Shown here piece by piece: positions 38,193 through 49,218 of a DNA stretch of 64,000 bases. A program made the translations under genes and the position numbers. The DNA is from an uncultured delta proteobacterium (GTDB lineage: Bacteria; Desulfobacterota; Binatia; UBA9968). Below the pieces are notes generated by a model. That model worked only from the letters and a program-made list of their open reading frames with translations. It ran no database searches and was not told the DNA's origin. The stretch is from contig CAVYTU010000017.1 of NCBI GenBank assembly GCA_963771465.1, forward strand, positions 704,001-768,000. Reading direction: 5' to 3'. The first letter of the stretch is position 1. Each line of letters opens with the position of its first letter.

Positions 38193-38924
38193 ATGAACAA
38201 CGGCGCCCTCAAGTATAAACGCATCCTGCTCAAAGTTACCGGCGAAGTATTTGCCGGTCCGCAAAATTTCGGTATCGATGGCAACGCCATCAAAGCCTTC
38301 GCCCAAGAGATCAAAGATGTAAAAGCGATGGGTTGTGACCTCGCCATGGTTGTCGGCGGCGGAAATATTTTTCGCGGCGCGGTGGCGAGCGAGATCGGCA
38401 TGGACCGCGCCAGCGCCGATACGATGGGAATGCTGGCGACCGTGATTAACAGTCTGGCCTTGCAGGATGCGTTGGAGCAATTGGGGGTTTCGACCCGGGT
38501 CTTATCGGCGATCGAGATGCGTCAAGTGGCGGAGCCGTATATCCGCCGGCGCGCGACCCGCCATCTGGAAAAAGGCCGCGTGGTGATTTTTGCCGGTGGC
38601 ACCGGCAATCCTTATTTCACCACCGATACCACCGCGAGTTTGCGCGCCATGGAAGTTGGCGCGGAAGTGATTCTCAAAGCGACCAAAGTAGAAGGCGTTT
38701 TCGACGCCGACCCTTTAAAGGTTGCCGACGCGACTAAATTCGAGGAGCTGACCTACATCGAGGTGCTCAACCGCGAGCTCAAGGTGATGGATTCCACGGC
38801 AATTTCGCTTTGCATGGATAACAATTTGCCGATTATCGTTTTCAATCTTATGGAGAAGGGTAATATCAAAAGGGTCGTGTCGGGTGATCCGATCGGTACA
38901 CTGGTCAGCGGAGGAAAGCGATGA
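38193..38924 (+). CDS. pyrH: UMP kinase
   Basis: [16 protein letters not shown] and [11 protein letters not shown] motifs. Confidence 0.98.
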   Translation: MNNGALKYKRILLKVTGEVFAGPQNFGIDGNAIKAFAQEIKDVKAMGCDLAMVVGGGNIFRGAVASEIGMDRASADTMGMLATVINSLALQDALEQLGVSTRVLSAIEMRQVAEPYIRRRATRHLEKGRVVIFAGGTGNPYFTTDTTASLRAMEVGAEVILKATKVEGVFDADPLKVADATKFEELTYIEVLNRELKVMDSTAISLCMDNNLPIIVFNLMEKGNIKRVVSGDPIGTLVSGGKR

Positions 38925-39478
38925 ACGAAGCGGTTTTCACTCAGCTGCAAAAGGAAATGGAAGGTTCGGTGGGTGCGCTGCGTAAGGAACTCACCAAGCT
39001 GCGCACGGGAAGAGCGTCGACGGCCCTGCTCGATCATATCGTCGTTGATTACTACGGCGCCTCGACCCCGCTCAACCAGCTGTCGACCTTGAGCGCGCCA
39101 GAGCCACGGTTGTTAGTGATTCAGCCTTTTGACCGCAGCGCGATGGTGGAAATCGAGAAAGCAATACTCAAGTCCGACCTCGGTTTGACCCCTAATAACG
39201 ACGGCAAAGTCATTCGTATTCCCATCCCGCAATTAACTGAAGAACGGCGTAAGGAATTGGTCAAGCATGTCAAGCGCATCGCCGAAGAGTATCGCGTCTC
39301 GGTGCGCAATCACCGTCGTGTTTGCATCGAACATTTGAAAGAAGCCGAAAAGAAAAAAGAAATTACTGCCGATGACGCGAAGCATGGCCAGGAGCGAGTG
39401 CAGAAAATTACTGATGATTTCATTGGCCGGATCGATCACATTGTCAAAGGCAAGGAAGAAGAGGTCATGGCGGTATAG
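38921..39478 (+). CDS. frr: Ribosome recycling factor
   Basis: LRTGRAS, V.YYG..TPLNQ and [12 protein letters not shown] motifs. Confidence 0.98.
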   Translation: MNEAVFTQLQKEMEGSVGALRKELTKLRTGRASTALLDHIVVDYYGASTPLNQLSTLSAPEPRLLVIQPFDRSAMVEIEKAILKSDLGLTPNNDGKVIRIPIPQLTEERRKELVKHVKRIAEEYRVSVRNHRRVCIEHLKEAEKKKEITADDAKHGQERVQKITDDFIGRIDHIVKGKEEEVMAV

Positions 39479-39585
39479 GTCCGCTGTCTGGCTGTTACTC
39501 TTCTATCCTCGGTTTGACGCCCAGTTTTTCCCGGCCGTTTAGCGTAACTTGTCGCCGCGATGAATCCGCACTTGCCAAGGTCGCA

Positions 39586-40365
39586 ATGGAGTTAGACGGC
39601 TTAGACAAGAACCGCCTGCCCGCCCATATCGCCATTATCATGGATGGTAACGGCCGTTGGGCCAAATCCCGCGGTAAGAACCGCATTGAGGGGCATCGCC
39701 GCGGGAAGACTTCGGTCCGAGTCATCGTCGAAATGAGCCGCAAGATCGGTATCCGTTACTTATCACTGTACGCGTTCTCCACCGAAAACTGGTTTCGCCC
39801 CGACGATGAAGTTGACGCGTTGATGGGCTTGCTGGAACACTATCTCGCCGCCGAGCAGGCGAAGATGATGCGCTACGGTATTCGTCTGCTCGCGGTCGGC
39901 GATCGTAGCCGCTTGCCCCAGAGCGTTCGGCGCGCGCTGGAAAACGTCATCGAGATGACCCGCGACAACCAGCGAATGACCGTGATTCTGGCCCTCAGCT
40001 ACAGTGGCCGGGACGATATCGTGCGCATGGTTAAGAGCATCGCTGCAGACGCCCGCGAGGGAAAATGCGAACTGGGCGATATCGACGAGCGCCTGGTTAG
40101 CGCCCGCCTCGATACCGCCGGTGTTCCCGATCCCGATCTGTTGATTCGGACCAGCGGTGAGATGCGCATCAGCAATTTTTTTCTCTGGCAGATCGCTTAC
40201 AGCGAGCTTTACGTGACTAGCACCCTTTGGCCGGAGTTCCGCGAGAAGGAATATCTGCAGGCTCTGCTTGAGTATCAGCGCCGCCGCCGCCGCTTCGGCC
40301 GTACCGACGAGCAAGTCGACGAAGTTGCCACGCCGCAGCTGGAGGCCGGTGGACGCCAATCTTAG
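39586..40365 (+). CDS. uppS: Undecaprenyl diphosphate synthase
   Basis: HIAIIMDGNGRWA, YAFSTENW.RP and DLLIRTSGE.RISNF.LWQ motifs. Confidence 0.97.
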   Translation: MELDGLDKNRLPAHIAIIMDGNGRWAKSRGKNRIEGHRRGKTSVRVIVEMSRKIGIRYLSLYAFSTENWFRPDDEVDALMGLLEHYLAAEQAKMMRYGIRLLAVGDRSRLPQSVRRALENVIEMTRDNQRMTVILALSYSGRDDIVRMVKSIAADAREGKCELGDIDERLVSARLDTAGVPDPDLLIRTSGEMRISNFFLWQIAYSELYVTSTLWPEFREKEYLQALLEYQRRRRRFGRTDEQVDEVATPQLEAGGRQS

Positions 40366-41155
40366 GTTGCGAGTGGCCACCGCGGGGGTCGGCATTCCGC
40401 TGTTAGTTTGGTTGGTCGGCTGGAGTCCGTTTTTTGTGTTCTCAGGATTTTTCTCGTTGTTGACACTCGCCGCGTTATGGGAGTTTTATGCCATGGTTTT
40501 CCCGCAACATTCGTTGGGGCGGGCCGCGGGTATCTTGAGCGGGTTTGGGTTGGCGCAGCTAACGCTCGCCGTCGACGCTTCGGTTTACACCAATCTGCTC
40601 GCCTTGGCACTGATCTGCGTCTTCGCGGCTTTGCTTTTTTATCGTCACGTCGTCGAACCCCAATTAAACCCTTGGTCTTGGACTGCCATCGGCGGATTCT
40701 ATATCGGCTACCTGTTGCCGCATTTGATTTTATTATTTGGTCAACCCAACGGCCGCGCCTGGGTGTTTTGGCTTTTCTTGGTCGTCATGGCCGGTGATAG
40801 TGCGGCTTACTTTATCGGTCGCCGTTTCGGTAGCCGCAAGTTGGCACCGCACTTGAGCCCTGGGAAAACTGTCGAAGGGGCTTGCGGTTATGTGGTGGGG
40901 GCTGTCTTAGGCGGCTTTGTCGCTGCCGCTTTGGCCTTCGAGCGAATTTCCTGGTGGGAAATTTTTCTGCTCTCGGTCGCGGTCAGTGTGCTGGGGCAGG
41001 TTGGTGATCTTTTCGAGTCTTGGATCAAGCGTGTTCATCACGTTAAAGATTCCGGAAAGCTGTTGCCGGGCCACGGCGGAGTACTCGATCGGCTCGACAG
41101 CTTGATTTTCCCGGCGGCTTTCACCGCTGTCTATTTGAGGATGTTTCATTCATGA
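40349..41155 (+). CDS. cdsA: Phosphatidate cytidylyltransferase
   Basis: D..AYF.G, SPGKTVEG, GDLFES.IKR and KDSG.LLPGHGG.LDR.DS motifs; GTG start with GGAGG RBS. Confidence 0.95.
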   Translation: MDANLRLRVATAGVGIPLLVWLVGWSPFFVFSGFFSLLTLAALWEFYAMVFPQHSLGRAAGILSGFGLAQLTLAVDASVYTNLLALALICVFAALLFYRHVVEPQLNPWSWTAIGGFYIGYLLPHLILLFGQPNGRAWVFWLFLVVMAGDSAAYFIGRRFGSRKLAPHLSPGKTVEGACGYVVGAVLGGFVAAALAFERISWWEIFLLSVAVSVLGQVGDLFESWIKRVHHVKDSGKLLPGHGGVLDRLDSLIFPAAFTAVYLRMFHS

Positions 41156-42300
41156 GGACAATTGCGCTGCTCGGTTCGACCGGCTCCATCGGCGTGAGCA
41201 CGCTGCGATTGGTGCGCGAGTTTCCCCATCTATTCAAGATCCACGGCATGGTGGCGGGCAAGAATCTTACTCGGTTAGCCAAACAGGTGAAGGAGTTCAA
41301 ACCCAAATGTGTCGCGATTCAACACGAAGCCGATCTGCCGCGGCTGCGCAAACTCTTGGGCAATACTAAAGTCACAATCCTACACGGTGAGGCCGGTGCA
41401 TCGGCCGTGGCGACCGCCGCTGATGTCGATGTGGTCTTGGCGGCGATTGTCGGCGGCGCCGGTCTGATGCCGACGCTCAATGGTTTGTTGGCGGGTAAAG
41501 AGATCGCCCTCGCCAACAAAGAGGCGCTCGTTATGGCCGGTGAAATATTCATCAAGGCGGCTAAAAAAAAGCGTGTGCGTCTGCTGCCCGTCGATAGCGA
41601 GCACAGTGCGATCTTTCAGTGCCTGCAAGGCAATGAACGGGGCGACGTCGACAAAATTATTCTGACCGCTTCCGGCGGGCCGTTCTTACGAATGCCGCTC
41701 AACCGTTTGGCCCACGTCAGCATCGCCCAGGCGCTGAAGCATCCAAATTGGAAGATGGGACAAAAAATTACCATCGACTCGGCGACGATGATGAACAAGG
41801 GGTTGGAAGTGATCGAAGCTCGCTGGGAGTTCGACATGGTGCCGGACAATATCCAGGTGGTGATCCATCCCCAAAGCGTGGTTCATTCCATGGTGCGCTA
41901 CCAAGACGGCGCGGTCATGGCCCAACTCGGCATTGCCGATATGCGCATCCCAATCGCTTATGCCTTGGCATTTCCGCACCGGCTGAAAGGCAGCTGGAGC
42001 CCGCTGGACCTGACCCAACACGGCGAGTTAAACTTTCTTCCCGTGGAGCACAAACGCTTTCCCGCGCTATCTTTGGCTTATGGGGCGTTGCGTGCAGGCG
42101 GCACGATGGCGACCGCGCTGAACGGCGCCAATGAAGTGGCGGTGGCGGCATTTTTGAGCGGCAGGATAGGATTTCGCGAAATACATCGTATAATTGATAA
42201 AACTTTGCAGCGCCACATCAACGGTCAGGCGCGAGACGTTGGGACGGTCCTGGACGTGGATCGTTGGGCTCGCGCACAGGCAAATTCGTTGATCGGCTGA
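41152..42300 (+). CDS. dxr: 1-deoxy-D-xylulose 5-phosphate reductoisomerase
   Basis: LGSTGSIG, LANKE, PVDSEH.AIFQ and HPNW.MG.KITIDSAT motifs. Confidence 0.98.
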   Translation: MRTIALLGSTGSIGVSTLRLVREFPHLFKIHGMVAGKNLTRLAKQVKEFKPKCVAIQHEADLPRLRKLLGNTKVTILHGEAGASAVATAADVDVVLAAIVGGAGLMPTLNGLLAGKEIALANKEALVMAGEIFIKAAKKKRVRLLPVDSEHSAIFQCLQGNERGDVDKIILTASGGPFLRMPLNRLAHVSIAQALKHPNWKMGQKITIDSATMMNKGLEVIEARWEFDMVPDNIQVVIHPQSVVHSMVRYQDGAVMAQLGIADMRIPIAYALAFPHRLKGSWSPLDLTQHGELNFLPVEHKRFPALSLAYGALRAGGTMATALNGANEVAVAAFLSGRIGFREIHRIIDKTLQRHINGQARDVGTVLDVDRWARAQANSLIG

Positions 42301-42322
42301 AATCGATTAAGGAGCTTATTGA

Positions 42323-43405
42323 ATGGAAAGTTTCGCTTATTCCGTCGTCGCCGCTATTATCGGCCTCGGTGTGCTGATTGTCTTTCACGAATTCGGCCAT
42401 TTTTTGGTGGCGAAACTATCCGGCGTCGGCGTGATCACATTTTCCGTTGGCTTCGGCCCCAAGCTTTGGGTGAGGAAAAAGGGCGAAACCGAGTATGCCT
42501 TGAGCGCCTTTCCCCTCGGCGGTTACGTCAAGATGGTCGGCGAAGATCCCGATCAAGAAGTACAACCCGGTGACCGGGAAAAGTCGTTCGCCCACAAGAG
42601 CTTGCTCAAGCGCATCGCCATCGTGGTCGCCGGGCCGGGATTTAATCTACTCTTGGCCGTATTGCTGCTGATGGTGGTTTATACGTTTTACGGCGTGCCC
42701 GTGATGTCGACGCAAGTGAGCGGCGTGGAGAAAGGCTCTCCGGCCGAGAAGGCCGGTATCGTAAAAGGGGACCGGATTATTTCCCTGGATGGCAAGACGG
42801 TCGAGCAGTGGGAAGAGCTTTCGGGTGGCATCAAAGCGAGCGCTGGCAAACCTCTCGAACTTCAGATTCGCCGCGGCAGCGAAACGGTCAATGTCACGGT
42901 ACAGCCGACTCAAAAGGAAGGCAAAAATATTTTCGGTGAACGTAAAGATGATTGGATGATTGGCATCGGCAGTCAAGTGAGCCTCGAAAAAGGCAACCCA
43001 GGTCTAGCCATTGTCCGAGCATTTTACCAAACCTACGATTATTCGAAGCTTACATTACTAGCCTTCTACAAGATGATTGTCGGCGACGTGTCGCCGCGCA
43101 ACATCGGCGGACCGATTTTGATCGCGCAAATGGCCGGCCAGCAGGCGCAAGAAGGACTCGGCAGCTTTTTGGCCTTCTTGGCGGTGTTGAGCATCAACTT
43201 GGGTGTGCTCAATCTCTTGCCGGTGCCCGTGCTCGACGGCGGTCACCTGTTGTTTTTTCTAGTCGAGGCGGTGATTCGTAAGCCGGTAGCGGTTAGATAT
43301 CGCGAGATGGCGCAACAGGTCGGCATCTGCCTTCTGGCGCTGCTCATGGTCTACGCTTTCTATAATGACATCGTCCGATTTTTTGAAAAACAGGTTGGTG
43401 GATGA
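42323..43405 (+). CDS. rseP: RIP metalloprotease RseP
   Basis: HEFGH, PDZ domain, NLLP.PVLDGGH. Confidence 0.96.
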   Translation: MESFAYSVVAAIIGLGVLIVFHEFGHFLVAKLSGVGVITFSVGFGPKLWVRKKGETEYALSAFPLGGYVKMVGEDPDQEVQPGDREKSFAHKSLLKRIAIVVAGPGFNLLLAVLLLMVVYTFYGVPVMSTQVSGVEKGSPAEKAGIVKGDRIISLDGKTVEQWEELSGGIKASAGKPLELQIRRGSETVNVTVQPTQKEGKNIFGERKDDWMIGIGSQVSLEKGNPGLAIVRAFYQTYDYSKLTLLAFYKMIVGDVSPRNIGGPILIAQMAGQQAQEGLGSFLAFLAVLSINLGVLNLLPVPVLDGGHLLFFLVEAVIRKPVAVRYREMAQQVGICLLALLMVYAFYNDIVRFFEKQVGG

Positions 43406-44151
43406 GAATTCTCGGCATCGATACCGCCACTACGACCGCGAGCGTCGCGTTAATCGATGATCACCAGCCAGTCGCTGAAAAGTTCTATAACAGAAACAGT
43501 GAAGTTTCTGAAAACCTCGCGATTGCACCCAAAGGTAATCACGCCGAGATCATTCTGCCGCTGATTCGAGCCGTTCTCGACCAAGCAAAGCTTTGCTTGT
43601 CTGAGCTTGATGGTATTGCCGTGTCGATCGGTCCCGGATCGTTTACCGGATTGAGGATCGCGTTGGCGACGGTCAAAGGGCTTGCCTACGAACTAGGTAT
43701 CCCGGTGGTCGGCATCTCGACACTGCACGCGCAAGCCTCTCGCGTTTGCGACACCGGCGAGCTTATTTGTGCGATGCTCGACGCGCGCAAACGAGAAGTC
43801 TACGCTGCGCTGTTTCGCCGCGTGAACGGTAATCTCATGCGGTTGTCAGACGACGGCGTCATGTCGATGACAAACGCTATTGAGATGATTCAAAGCGCGC
43901 GTCAAAATGATGGGTGTACCGTCATCGGTGACGGCGCCCAGGCTTATGATAAAGTTTTGTTGCAATCCCTCGGCGCGCGGCTACGCATCGCCGCCGAGAC
44001 TGAATGTTCTACGGTGGCGCGCCGGGTCGCGGAGCTCGCTCAGACGCGCTTGGGCGCTCCAGCGGAGGACGATTTGGCTACTCTTGTGCCGCTTTATTTG
44101 CGTTCGTCGGAAGCTCAAAGCAAAAGCGCATTGTCAGTGCTAACTTGTTGA
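43402..44151 (+). CDS. tsaB: tRNA threonylcarbamoyladenosine biosynthesis protein TsaB
   Basis: ILGIDTAT, GPGSFTGLRI, DARK.EVY and P.YLR motifs. Confidence 0.95.
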   Translation: MRILGIDTATTTASVALIDDHQPVAEKFYNRNSEVSENLAIAPKGNHAEIILPLIRAVLDQAKLCLSELDGIAVSIGPGSFTGLRIALATVKGLAYELGIPVVGISTLHAQASRVCDTGELICAMLDARKREVYAALFRRVNGNLMRLSDDGVMSMTNAIEMIQSARQNDGCTVIGDGAQAYDKVLLQSLGARLRIAAETECSTVARRVAELAQTRLGAPAEDDLATLVPLYLRSSEAQSKSALSVLTC

Positions 44152-44172
44152 AATGCTATATGGAAAACTACG

Positions 44173-44201
44173 TTGACAAAGAGTTTAGCGTAAGTTAAAT
44201 T
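44173..44201 (+). promoter_or_regulatory. Sigma70 promoter for the DUF465-ilvBN genes
   Basis: TTGACA-17 nt-TAAATT. Confidence 0.6.
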
Positions 44202-44244
44202 GAGGCCCGCTCGAAGCCAAAAAAATAAAATTAGGAGGCGCCGT

Positions 44245-44463
44245 ATGGAGCATAGAGAAGAACAAACGATTGTCTCCCTGCTGGACAAGGATCCAGAGTT
44301 GAAGAAATTTTATCATGAGCACCAGGAGCTTGAAAAAAAGCTCGCTGAATTTCAGCATAAACATATTTTGTCTCCTGAAGAAGAATTGGAGATGAAAAAA
44401 ATTCAGAAGCTAAAACTGATCGGCAAGGATCGGATCATGGAGCTTCTAGGAAAATACCGGTAG
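44245..44463 (+). CDS. DUF465/YdcH-like small helical protein
   Basis: 'EH..LE..L......LSPEEE.E.K..QK.KL..KD.I'; AGGAGG RBS. Confidence 0.8.
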   Translation: MEHREEQTIVSLLDKDPELKKFYHEHQELEKKLAEFQHKHILSPEEELEMKKIQKLKLIGKDRIMELLGKYR

Positions 44464-44487
44464 CTGCCGGTTTCGCTAAAGGATTGT

Positions 44488-46266
44488 ATGAAGATGACGG
44501 GCGCGGAGATATTTTGTGAGTCGCTAAAGTGCGAAGGGGTGAAAACCGTTTTCGGCTTGCCCGGCGGAGTGGTGTTAAAGATTTTCGACGTCTTGTGCCA
44601 GCGCAAAGACATCGAGTTTATCCTCACGCGCCATGAACAAGGCGCGGCTCATATGGCCGAAGGCTATGCCAAAGCGACCGGCAAAGCCGGCGTCGTCTTG
44701 GTGACCTCCGGCCCTGGGATGACGAACATCGTTACCGGCTTGGCCGATGCTTACATGGATTCCGTGCCGTTGGTTGCGTTCACCGGTCAAGTTTCGACCG
44801 ATCTGATCGGCAACGATGCTTTTCAAGAGGCCGATAACGTCGGCATTAGTCGTCCTTGTACGAAGCACAATGTGCTGGTGAAAGACGTTAACGATCTCGC
44901 CCAAGCGATCAAGGAAGCGTTTTACATCGCCACCAGCGGCCGGCCGGGACCGGTGTTGGTCGATATTCCGAAGGATGTCAGCATCGCCAAAGCGGAGTTC
45001 AAGTACCCCGACAAAGTCAATCTGCGCGGATACAACCCAGGGGTGGTTGGCAGCAAGCAAAATATCAGGCTAGCCGCCGAAGAAATCATGAAGGCGAAGA
45101 AGCCGATTATTTACGTCGGTGGCGGCGCGGTGTTTTCCGATGCCGCTGAAGAGATTCGCGAGTTGGCGGAAATCACGCAAATCCCCGTGACCATGACGTT
45201 GATGGGACTCGGTAGCTTTCCGGGCGATCATCCGTTGTCGCTCGGCATGCTCGGCATGCACGGCGGCTACTGGACCAATATGGCGATGCATCATGCCGAT
45301 CTGCTAATCGCCGTGGGCGCTCGTTTCGACGACCGCGTTACCGGCAAACTCTCCGAGTTTTGCCCGGAAGCCCGAGTGATTCATATCGATATCGATCCGA
45401 CATCGATCAAGAAAACTTTTCACGCGCATATTCCGATCGTCGGCGATGTCAAACCTGTGCTTCGACAAATGAACGTCATTCTGCGTTCCATGGATGGCAA
45501 TGCGGCGAGCATGAGAGCTTATCGCGCGCCATGGATCAAACAGGTCGAAGAGTGGCGAAAAACTCATCCGTTGACCTACAAGCAGGATGATAAGGTCATC
45601 AAGCCGCAGTACGTCATCGAAAAGCTCTACGACCTAGCCAAGCGCGACGCGATCGTTGCCACCGATGTCGGCCAGCACCAAATGTTCGCGGCGCAATATT
45701 TCAAGGGATATAAGCCGCGCACATGGCTGACTTCAGGCGGACTCGGCACGATGGGTTTTGGATTTCCGGCCGCCATTGGCGCTCAAGTCGCTTTTCCCGA
45801 CCGGCAAGTGCTTTGTATCACTAGTGAGGGCAGCTTCCAGATGAATTTGCAGGAGCTGGTGGTTGCCGCGCTGCACAAGTTGCCGGTGAAAATCGTTCTG
45901 CTCAATAACGGCGTGCACGGCATGGTGCGCCAATGGCAAGATCTTTTCTATGAAGGTCGCTACTCGGCGAGTGTTCTTGGTAAGACGCCGGATTTCGTCA
46001 AATTGGCGGACGCCTACGGCATCGTCGGACTGCGCGCGCTCAAACCCGGCGAAGTCGAGCCGGTGCTCAAAGAAGGCTTGAAACATAAAGGCCCGGTGCT
46101 GATGGATATTCATACCGACCCGTACGAGAACTGCTATCCGATGATTCCCGCCGGCGGGGCGCAGCATGAGATGATGCTTGAAGATCCGCCGGAGCTTAAA
46201 CTGGCACGCAAAGGTGGATCACGTAAGAGAAAGGTGGATGAGGGCGAGGGTGAGCTTCCTGCCTAA
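44488..46266 (+). CDS. ilvB: Acetolactate synthase large subunit
   Basis: RHEQGA.HMA.GYA, TSGPG.TN, GARFDDRVTG, DVGQHQM and SGGLGTMGFG motifs. Confidence 0.97.
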   Translation: MKMTGAEIFCESLKCEGVKTVFGLPGGVVLKIFDVLCQRKDIEFILTRHEQGAAHMAEGYAKATGKAGVVLVTSGPGMTNIVTGLADAYMDSVPLVAFTGQVSTDLIGNDAFQEADNVGISRPCTKHNVLVKDVNDLAQAIKEAFYIATSGRPGPVLVDIPKDVSIAKAEFKYPDKVNLRGYNPGVVGSKQNIRLAAEEIMKAKKPIIYVGGGAVFSDAAEEIRELAEITQIPVTMTLMGLGSFPGDHPLSLGMLGMHGGYWTNMAMHHADLLIAVGARFDDRVTGKLSEFCPEARVIHIDIDPTSIKKTFHAHIPIVGDVKPVLRQMNVILRSMDGNAASMRAYRAPWIKQVEEWRKTHPLTYKQDDKVIKPQYVIEKLYDLAKRDAIVATDVGQHQMFAAQYFKGYKPRTWLTSGGLGTMGFGFPAAIGAQVAFPDRQVLCITSEGSFQMNLQELVVAALHKLPVKIVLLNNGVHGMVRQWQDLFYEGRYSASVLGKTPDFVKLADAYGIVGLRALKPGEVEPVLKEGLKHKGPVLMDIHTDPYENCYPMIPAGGAQHEMMLEDPPELKLARKGGSRKRKVDEGEGELPA

Positions 46267-46277
46267 TTTTTTCGCGA

Positions 46278-46799
46278 ATGGAACATATCATATCAGTTCT
46301 CGTTGAGAACAAGTTCGGCGTGCTCGCCAGAGTCGCCGGACTCTTTAGTGCCCGAGGCTATAATATCGAGAGTCTGTCAGTTGCGCCGACGTTAGATCCG
46401 TCGACGTCGATGATTACCATCGTCACCGACGGTGACGACCGCATCATCGAGCAGATCATGAAGCAACTCAACAAAGTCGTCGAAGTGTTAGAAGTCGTCG
46501 ACTTGACCGAGACGCACTTTCTCGACCGCGAGACCGCGTTAATCAAAGTGCACACGAAACCTGCGCACCGCGATGAAGCGATTCGGATCGCGGCGATCTT
46601 TCGCGCCAATATCGTCGATTCCTCGGCAACGACGTACACCATCGAGATCACCGGCGATACTGAAAAAGTCGAGGCGATGATCAATATGCTCAAGCCCCTC
46701 GGTATCAAAGAGTTGATCCGCACCGGGCGCATCGCGATCTCGCGCGAGACCACCCGCACCGCCTTTCCCCGGCGTGAACCCGCGCTGCTGAAAAATTAA
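46278..46799 (+). CDS. ilvN: Acetolactate synthase small subunit
   Basis: VEN..GVLARV.GLFS.RGYNIESL ACT motif. Confidence 0.97.
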   Translation: MEHIISVLVENKFGVLARVAGLFSARGYNIESLSVAPTLDPSTSMITIVTDGDDRIIEQIMKQLNKVVEVLEVVDLTETHFLDRETALIKVHTKPAHRDEAIRIAAIFRANIVDSSATTYTIEITGDTEKVEAMINMLKPLGIKELIRTGRIAISRETTRTAFPRREPALLKN

Positions 46800-46907
46800 G
46801 ATCAGTCCAAGCCTTCTATCGAGGTTTTCGGAGTTACCGAGCTTCTTTCTCGATTGCCAACGGTTGTGACTACTTCATATCCGTCGATTTGGCCGTAGCG
46901 TCCTTAA

Positions 46908-47126
46908 CTACTTCCTTAACTTGCTACCGGCGTCTTTGATGGTGTCGCCAGCTTTTTCCATCGCCTGACCGGTCTGTTCCTTTGCCCGGTCCACTGCTTG
47001 GTCAATTGCGGCGCCAGCTTTCTCGGCCGGGCCTTTGGAATCCTCTTCGGCTTTGCCGCACGCGCCGACGAACATAAGAAACGTCGCCGCGACGGCTCCC
47101 AAGGATAATTTTCTTGTCGCTCTCAT
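46908..47126 (-). CDS. Small lipoprotein with Ala/Lys-rich amphipathic repeats
   Basis: Lipobox VGAC; 'GPAEKAG..ID.A......G.A.EKAGD.IK'; GGGAGG RBS. Confidence 0.75.
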   Translation of the reverse strand: MRATRKLSLGAVAATFLMFVGACGKAEEDSKGPAEKAGAAIDQAVDRAKEQTGQAMEKAGDTIKDAGSKLRK

Positions 47127-47314
47127 CGCTTCGCTCGTCCTCCCTTAACGTCAACAGATAGTTTTTTTTAGCACCCAGGAAGGCGTAGCTTCAAGAGAAT
47201 TCTGATAAGATTCGCTCCGGCTTGGCACGTCTAACAATGAGTTCACGGCGCGGACGGAATAGCTTAGCTAGTAGGCGAGGGCGAGGGGATAATGCTAAGA
47301 TTTTTTGATTCACA

Positions 47315-47409
47315 GTGTCACGAGCAACTCGGGAACTGTCGCCGACGTATAAGAATGTCGTTAACCGCTGCTTGCGCGAAAAAGGTTACGATCTGATCGG
47401 GGGAACTGA
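47315..47409 (+). pseudogene. Possible 3' remnant of a glycine-zipper lipoprotein gene
   Basis: One frame reads LSPTYKNVVNRCLREKGYDLIG, like the recalled C-terminus 'SP.Y..FV.RCL.E.GY...GW'. No upstream part found. Confidence 0.4.
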
Positions 47410-47484
47410 TTCTCCGGCTCTTATTCCTGTCCATCAGCGACCCCATCCAATCTACCAAAGTCGTTGTCTTACGCGCACTTGCCG

Positions 47485-47513
47485 TTGACTTAGCAAGGTC
47501 CAGTCGGCATAGT
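47485..47513 (+). promoter_or_regulatory. Possible sigma70 promoter for ilvC
   Basis: TTGACT-17 nt-CATAGT. Confidence 0.4.
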
Positions 47514-47543
47514 AGAAGGGGTTAAATTCACAGGAGTAAAAAC

Positions 47544-48560
<1,017 letters not shown>

Positions 48561-48588
48561 TCGCCATGGATTGCGGCCGAATTTCCGT

Positions 48589-49218
48589 ATGAGAATCGCT
48601 CGCGAAGGCTATCCGCTTATTGCGACCATTGCGATTGCGGCGCTGATCGCTCTTGGGATCGGCTGGAGCTTGCTGGGCAGTTTGCTGGCGGTTTTGACGC
48701 TCGCCGTGGCGGCATTTTTTCGCGATCCTGAACGCGTGGTTCCCGCCGGCGACAATCTGATTGTTTCACCGGCTGATGGCAAAGTGGTCAGCATCGCACC
48801 GGCGTCTGCGGGCGGCATGTTTGACGGCGCGGCAACTCGAATCAGCATCTTTCTTTCACCCCTCGACGTGCACATCAACCGTGTGCCCGTAGCGGGAAAG
48901 ATTGACGCGGTACAGTATCAACCGGGGCAATTTCTCCCGGCCTACAAAGCCGACGCCTGGGAGCGCAATGAACAAAATGCGCTCAAGATCCTTTGCAGCG
49001 GCGCGCGCTTTATCGGCGTTGTGCAGATTGCCGGGATATTGGCCCGGCGTATTGTTTGCCGGGTCAAACGAGGCGATGATCTTAAGCGCGGTGATAGATT
49101 CGGATTGATTATGTTTGGGTCGCGAACCGACACATATTTGCCTGCCAGCTGTTCGGTAGAAGTTATCGAAGGGCAGAGAGTCAAAGGCGGTGAAACAATA
49201 ATCGGGAGGTTTGTATGA
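48589..49218 (+). CDS. psd: Phosphatidylserine decarboxylase
   Basis: FFRDP.R, SPADGKV, IFLS..DVH.NR.P and FGSR.D self-cleavage motif. Confidence 0.95.
   Translation: MRIAREGYPLIATIAIAALIALGIGWSLLGSLLAVLTLAVAAFFRDPERVVPAGDNLIVSPADGKVVSIAPASAGGMFDGAATRISIFLSPLDVHINRVPVAGKIDAVQYQPGQFLPAYKADAWERNEQNALKILCSGARFIGVVQIAGILARRIVCRVKRGDDLKRGDRFGLIMFGSRTDTYLPASCSVEVIEGQRVKGGETIIGRFV

Noticed and set aside
47222-47238. TGGCAC as a sigma54 promoter
   Set aside because: No TTGC at the -12 position.
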